From contig PNOB01000002.1 of assembly GCA_013824585.1 (NCBI GenBank), positions 1 to 37,865 of the forward strand: a stretch of DNA of 37,865 bases, read 5' to 3'. The DNA is from Desulfobacterium sp. Its GTDB lineage: Bacteria; Desulfobacterota; Desulfobacteria; Desulfobacterales; SURF-7. The position numbers were made by a program, and so were the translations under genes. This document shows, in pieces, positions 34,317-37,865 of the stretch (positions are counted from its first letter, which is position 1; the number at the start of each line of letters is the position of its first letter). The notes below the pieces were generated by a model. The model had not been told where the DNA came from. It saw nothing but the letters and a program-made list of their open reading frames with translations, and did not search any database.

Positions 34317-35753
34317 TTATACGGCTTTCAACAAATGGGACAGGATACCGGGAACCCTGGATGTAGATCCGTTCATTTTTGCCTGAACAAACGCAACCAC
34401 CGCCATTACCCGGTTCCTTGGAATAAAATTGATCGGATTGACCTTCATGAGATGAAACATGGCCTCGGCAGTGGAGCAGAGGTCATTGCATTCCCCGCTG
34501 AGATACACATTTTTTCTCCCGAGCCTCTGGATCAGACGATCCGATACCTCTTCAATGGCGCAGTGCCCGGCAATCAGGACCTTGCCTTTTATGACGTCAA
34601 TCTCTTTTGGATCAAACCCCTTTCCCAACACAAGCGTCCAGCCTGTTTTTCCCTGATGATCATTGTACAGCACCTGAAGCAATGTCATGGGGTTGTTCAC
34701 ACATCCTTCCCTGCAGGCCATTTCACTGCCTTTGATGATCGTCACATCATCCGGAAACGAATCATACAGATCGGTTGAATATGCCCCGGATTCCGGAATA
34801 TCCCCGATCAGATCCATTCCATTGAGACTGGGAATGTCTCCTGTCAGATGAATATCACCAAGATCCTGAACCCCTCCGCCATAACCCCTCTCAATGGCCA
34901 GTTTCAGATGCGGCACATCTTTTTTTTCAAGACCGAACATTCTGGCTCCCACAAGGTCGGCAGCCACAACATTTCCGCTTGCGATCAGGACACGAAACGG
35001 CTTGACGCAGGCATCCGCCAGCGTAGTCGCAGGATAATGACCGTGAATCGTACCCTCTACACCCTCTATCAGCGTAACATCTGGTTTTACATAAGATAGA
35101 ACATCTACCAGTTTATAATGAAGATTATGATTGTGATCGATTCCCCGGCTTTTATGGACTGGAAATCCCCACTGGCCTTTTATTCCCAATGTAACCCCGG
35201 ACATGGAATGGGTTTTCAGTTTCGGCAGACTGACATACAGATTCTCCTCTCCTCTATCGATCAGCTTTTCAACCACCGTAACCGGCATTTCAACCTGTTT
35301 CAGATCGTATCCAACGCCTGTGAAGCCGGCAGCACCCTCTTTTCCCTGGAATGCAAAGCTTTTTGTCTTTTCTTCATCCAGATAGATGGGAATGGCGCCG
35401 GTTTCACGGCAGACCTTCCGATATCCATTCACCTCGAACACCACCCGGGTATAATTGGCCTGTGTGGAATTTTCCAGAAGAAACACACGATTGGCCCCTT
35501 GGTCAAACCAGTACTCAATTACCGCTCTGACCACCTCCGGCCGCGTATAGCAATAGGGTTTGGCATCAATACCATTGGGTTTGACATACACATCCTTGCT
35601 GGATTTGATCAGGGTTTTTCCACCCAGCTCATTAAAGATATCGGTTACCCGGTCTTTCACCTCCAGCGCCAGTTCTGGGTACAGCGGCATGAATTTCGTA
35701 AAGCTTTCCGACTGGTGAGGCGCTTGCAGCTTTCGAATGATAACAGTATTCAT
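34317..35753 (-). CDS. DUF362-like domain protein
   Basis: 478 aa, convergent with fliW. DVYVKPNGIDAKPYCYTRPEVVRAVIEY and SLPKLKTHSMSGVTLGIKGQWGF resemble the DUF362 pattern; this is recalled from memory, not searched. AGGAGA Shine-Dalgarno upstream. Confidence 0.55.
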   Translation of the reverse strand: MNTVIIRKLQAPHQSESFTKFMPLYPELALEVKDRVTDIFNELGGKTLIKSSKDVYVKPNGIDAKPYCYTRPEVVRAVIEYWFDQGANRVFLLENSTQANYTRVVFEVNGYRKVCRETGAIPIYLDEEKTKSFAFQGKEGAAGFTGVGYDLKQVEMPVTVVEKLIDRGEENLYVSLPKLKTHSMSGVTLGIKGQWGFPVHKSRGIDHNHNLHYKLVDVLSYVKPDVTLIEGVEGTIHGHYPATTLADACVKPFRVLIASGNVVAADLVGARMFGLEKKDVPHLKLAIERGYGGGVQDLGDIHLTGDIPSLNGMDLIGDIPESGAYSTDLYDSFPDDVTIIKGSEMACREGCVNNPMTLLQVLYNDHQGKTGWTLVLGKGFDPKEIDVIKGKVLIAGHCAIEEVSDRLIQRLGRKNVYLSGECNDLCSTAEAMFHLMKVNPINFIPRNRVMAVVAFVQAKMNGSTSRVPGILSHLLKAV

Positions 35754-35802
35754 GGTTGGTTTGATTTCTCCTTTCCCCTTTTGAAGAAAAAAGTTTCTTC
35801 TG

Positions 35803-35831
35803 ATTGTAGCGATCAGGCATCAACCCGTCAA
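35803..35831 (-). promoter_or_regulatory. Sigma-70-type promoter for the DUF362-like gene
   Basis: Minus strand reads TTGACG-N17-TACAAT (-35 at 35831-35826, -10 at 35808-35803). It lies about 50 nt upstream of the ATG at 35753. Confidence 0.55.
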
Positions 35832-35840
35832 GACCTGGGT

Positions 35841-35877
35841 AAAAAAAGACCTGGCCTTGTTTCAGGCCAGGTCTTTG
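35841..35877 (-). terminator. Rho-independent terminator after the lipoprotein gene
   Basis: Perfect 10-bp stem AGACCTGGCC / GGCCAGGTCT (35847-35856 and 35865-35874) with an 8-nt loop. An A7 run on the plus strand gives a T7 tail on the minus-strand transcript. It lies about 50 nt downstream of the stop at 35928. Confidence 0.7.
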
Positions 35878-35927
35878 AAAACAGAATCAAACGGGAAATG
35901 ATTTCCAAAGGGTCCGGATGCGGATGT

Positions 35928-36308
35928 TTACTCTTCTTTTTTCATACACGGTGCAATTGCATACGCGCACTGCTCTCCCTCTGAGAAGTATCCGCCTGTG
36001 TTGCCGGAATAGCTGACTTTTTTCACAGCATTGTTTTGCAAGGTAAAGGTAACCTCGCAATACCGGCCGCCCTGACAAAAGAATCCCCCGGTACCGCCGC
36101 TTGTGTATGTGAGAAATTCAAGATCATCCACTTTTTCCGAACGTACTGGCACACCCGCACACGACAGCAAATCCGTTTTGGATACCCCGACCAGTTCAGA
36201 TGTCCCTTTTTCCGCCATTTTCATCCGTTTATGCACCGCGCATCCAGTTGTACCAAAACACAAAACCAGACCTGCAATCAAACCTGCCATCCATCCAATT
36301 TTTCTCAT
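35928..36308 (-). CDS. Hypothetical Cys-rich lipoprotein
   Basis: 126 aa with GGAGGA Shine-Dalgarno and lipobox LCFGTTGC. The mature part has 6 further Cys and GGTGGFF / GNTGGYF motifs. No family recognised. Confidence 0.6.
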   Translation of the reverse strand: MRKIGWMAGLIAGLVLCFGTTGCAVHKRMKMAEKGTSELVGVSKTDLLSCAGVPVRSEKVDDLEFLTYTSGGTGGFFCQGGRYCEVTFTLQNNAVKKVSYSGNTGGYFSEGEQCAYAIAPCMKKEE

Positions 36309-36400
36309 GGTTCCTCCTTTTGGGATACACTATTTATTCCATTGCTCTCATTCTTTCGATAATGAATCTTACCCATTATTTTTATAGAAAGCATCTCTGA

Positions 36401-36430
36401 ATCGTAACAAATTGTATCCAATTGTAACAC
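36401..36430 (-). promoter_or_regulatory. Three 10-bp-phased repeats containing -10-like hexamers (possible promoter/operator of the lipoprotein gene)
   Basis: Minus strand reads GTTACAATTG GATACAATTT GTTACGATTC. GTTACA-N17-TACGAT can be read as a weak sigma-70 promoter about 95 nt upstream of the ATG at 36308. Confidence 0.3.
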
Positions 36431-36518
36431 TCTCCGGATATGGATTTTTGCCTTATCAAAACCTTTTTCAAATTATTATCTTCGAAAAACTTTTCTTAGC
36501 TGTTTTTCATAATAAATC

Positions 36519-36544
36519 AAGCCTTCATACAGACCTGAAGGCTT
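36519..36544 (-). terminator. Hairpin, possible terminator downstream of the LRR gene
   Basis: Perfect 9-bp stem AAGCCTTCA / TGAAGGCTT with an 8-nt loop. On the minus strand it is followed by GATTTATTATG (T-rich but interrupted). It lies about 140 nt downstream of the stop at 36686. Confidence 0.4.
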
Positions 36545-36685
36545 AATTTATCCAAACAATTCATTTTCAGAAGATCTGGTAATGGGACAATCACCCCATC
36601 TGTTTCAAACACCCAACCGGCGAGATCTTCAATCTTTCTATTTTATTTTTCCTGCTATTCCATGAGAAATTATAAATTTGACTCC

Positions 36686-37865
36686 TTAACAGTCTTTATT
36701 TCCCGGATAGTCGGAAGGGGAAAATGATAAAGGCATAATAAATCCAAAAGGATCTTGAATTGTTATTCCGTGGCCAATCAGATTCGAAATCAAGCTTAAA
36801 CAAAGACATGGATTGTATGATATGTTCATATAGCCGCTCACATGTCGCAATGCATCAAGGTCCAAGCTGGTTAATGAATTGTTGTACGATATCTCCAGTC
36901 GATAAACACTCTCAATATTAAGATGGAGGCTGGTTAAACTGGAATTATTAGTTATATTAATAGAACTACCGATTGTCAGACTATCCATTGATATAGCAGT
37001 CAGATTGTTATTATTCGCAATTCCAACACTGCTTGCAGTAACAAGATTATTCAGTCCTGCCAAGGTCGTAAGGCTATTATTTTCAGTGATAGTCAACTCT
37101 GTACCGACAGAAGTTAAATTACCTATGGATGAGATGCTGGTAAGAGATTCATTGTTTGCGATTTTACACCACAATGTCGTCGATCTCAAATTTTCCAATC
37201 CATGAAGATTGATCAACAATGGATTGTTTTCAATTTGAAGCGAAGCAAGTGTTTCAATGTGGTTAAGGCCGTAAATACTATTCAAAGACTGATTGTCCTG
37301 TATCCTTAGTTGGAGTTGTGGAATTATCGTTGATAAATTGGCAAGTGCTGCAATATTGGTTAAATTAGGGTTGCCCAATACTGTCAAGTTAGGAGCCCCA
37401 GTCCAAGGATCATAATCCTTATAATTTATCGTTGTTAGCCCATTGAGACCGTTTAATGATATCAGTTCAATATTATTATAAATATGCAGCCCATATGCAA
37501 TATCTGTCACGCTTTCCAATCCATGGAGATTTGTCAGGTTTGTATTCTGGACAGTTAGTGAACCATTCACAACTTTCAGGTTTAATGTTTCAGAAGAATC
37601 CGTTAATTGGGACAACTGATAATCTTGAATGGTTAGATCCCCATCGATCTCTGTGTATTCTGCCAAAGCATCTACATCCCCTGCATCATTGATTACATAA
37701 TCACCTGGCCTGACAAGACCTTGCACCTCACCCGGTATCGGTGATGCAAGAAAATCAACGAGTACAGGATCACCGGTTTCATCTACGTTCTGTGGTGTGT
37801 ATGTCCATCCGCCGATTGAAGGGGTAATTGTATATGTCATTGTATTGGAAGGAAGCTTATAAAAT
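36686..37865 (-). CDS. Leucine-rich-repeat (BspA/receptor-L-domain-like) protein, N-terminus possibly outside the window
   Basis: The track ORF is 36686..37840 (384 aa). The frame stays open for the 8 codons upstream to the window edge, and no Shine-Dalgarno precedes ATG 37840. More than 10 repeats of ~22-24 aa fit L.I..N..L..L.GL..L..I (e.g. LQIENNPLLINLHGLENL, LTITENNSLTTLAGLNNL, INITNNSSLTSLHLNIESV). Confidence 0.7.
   Translation of the reverse strand, partial: FYKLPSNTMTYTITPSIGGWTYTPQNVDETGDPVLVDFLASPIPGEVQGLVRPGDYVINDAGDVDALAEYTEIDGDLTIQDYQLSQLTDSSETLNLKVVNGSLTVQNTNLTNLHGLESVTDIAYGLHIYNNIELISLNGLNGLTTINYKDYDPWTGAPNLTVLGNPNLTNIAALANLSTIIPQLQLRIQDNQSLNSIYGLNHIETLASLQIENNPLLINLHGLENLRSTTLWCKIANNESLTSISSIGNLTSVGTELTITENNSLTTLAGLNNLVTASSVGIANNNNLTAISMDSLTIGSSINITNNSSLTSLHLNIESVYRLEISYNNSLTSLDLDALRHVSGYMNISYNPCLCLSLISNLIGHGITIQDPFGFIMPLSFSPSDYPGNKDC

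Noticed and set aside
35118-35984. 288-aa plus-strand ORF
   Set aside because: It is antisense to the DUF362-like gene and runs across its promoter and terminator. The translated sequence has no recognisable features, whereas the minus-strand product does.
1-37865. Scan for CRISPR arrays, rRNA, tRNA, integrases/transposases and toxin-antitoxin pairs
   Set aside because: No regularly spaced short direct repeats, no cloverleaf-like or rRNA-like segments, and no recombinase-like ORFs were recognised by eye. A tRNAscan/Infernal run would be needed to exclude small RNAs formally.

Overview
AT-rich 37.9 kb window dominated by one co-directional flagellar/motility supercluster of 31 plus-strand genes (about 2.19-34.28 kb). 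Gene order: motA, two motB paralogs, fliLMNOPQR, flhBAFG, fliA, four poorly characterised genes, an flhB C-terminal paralog, flgFGAHIJ, an flgN-like gene, flgK, flgL, csrA, fliW. Flagellin, hook, MS-ring and export ATPase genes are not in the window. Left flank (minus strand): a sigma-54-driven LPP20/FlgP-like lipoprotein gene, then a secreted Ig/PKD-like repeat protein that runs off the window and is missing from the supplied ORF track. Right flank (minus strand): a DUF362-like gene, a Cys-rich lipoprotein and a leucine-rich-repeat protein that is open at the window edge. Three near-consensus sigma-54 (-24/-12) promoters are visible, upstream of the flgP-like gene, motA and flgF. Main items for follow-up: (1) a 636-aa membrane-anchored FliL-like protein just after flhF-flhG-fliA, with an acidic cytoplasmic arm carrying about 11-12 copies of the FliM N-terminal EIDAL-type docking motif; (2) giant FlgK (1499 aa) and FlgL (about 1392 aa), the latter built from repeated modules; (3) two MotB paralogs with complementary loss of canonical motifs; (4) a 143-bp bipartite inverted-repeat, MITE-like element between the divergent sigma-54 promoters. 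No rRNA, tRNA or CRISPR array was recognised. All family assignments come from reading motifs by eye; no database search was run.
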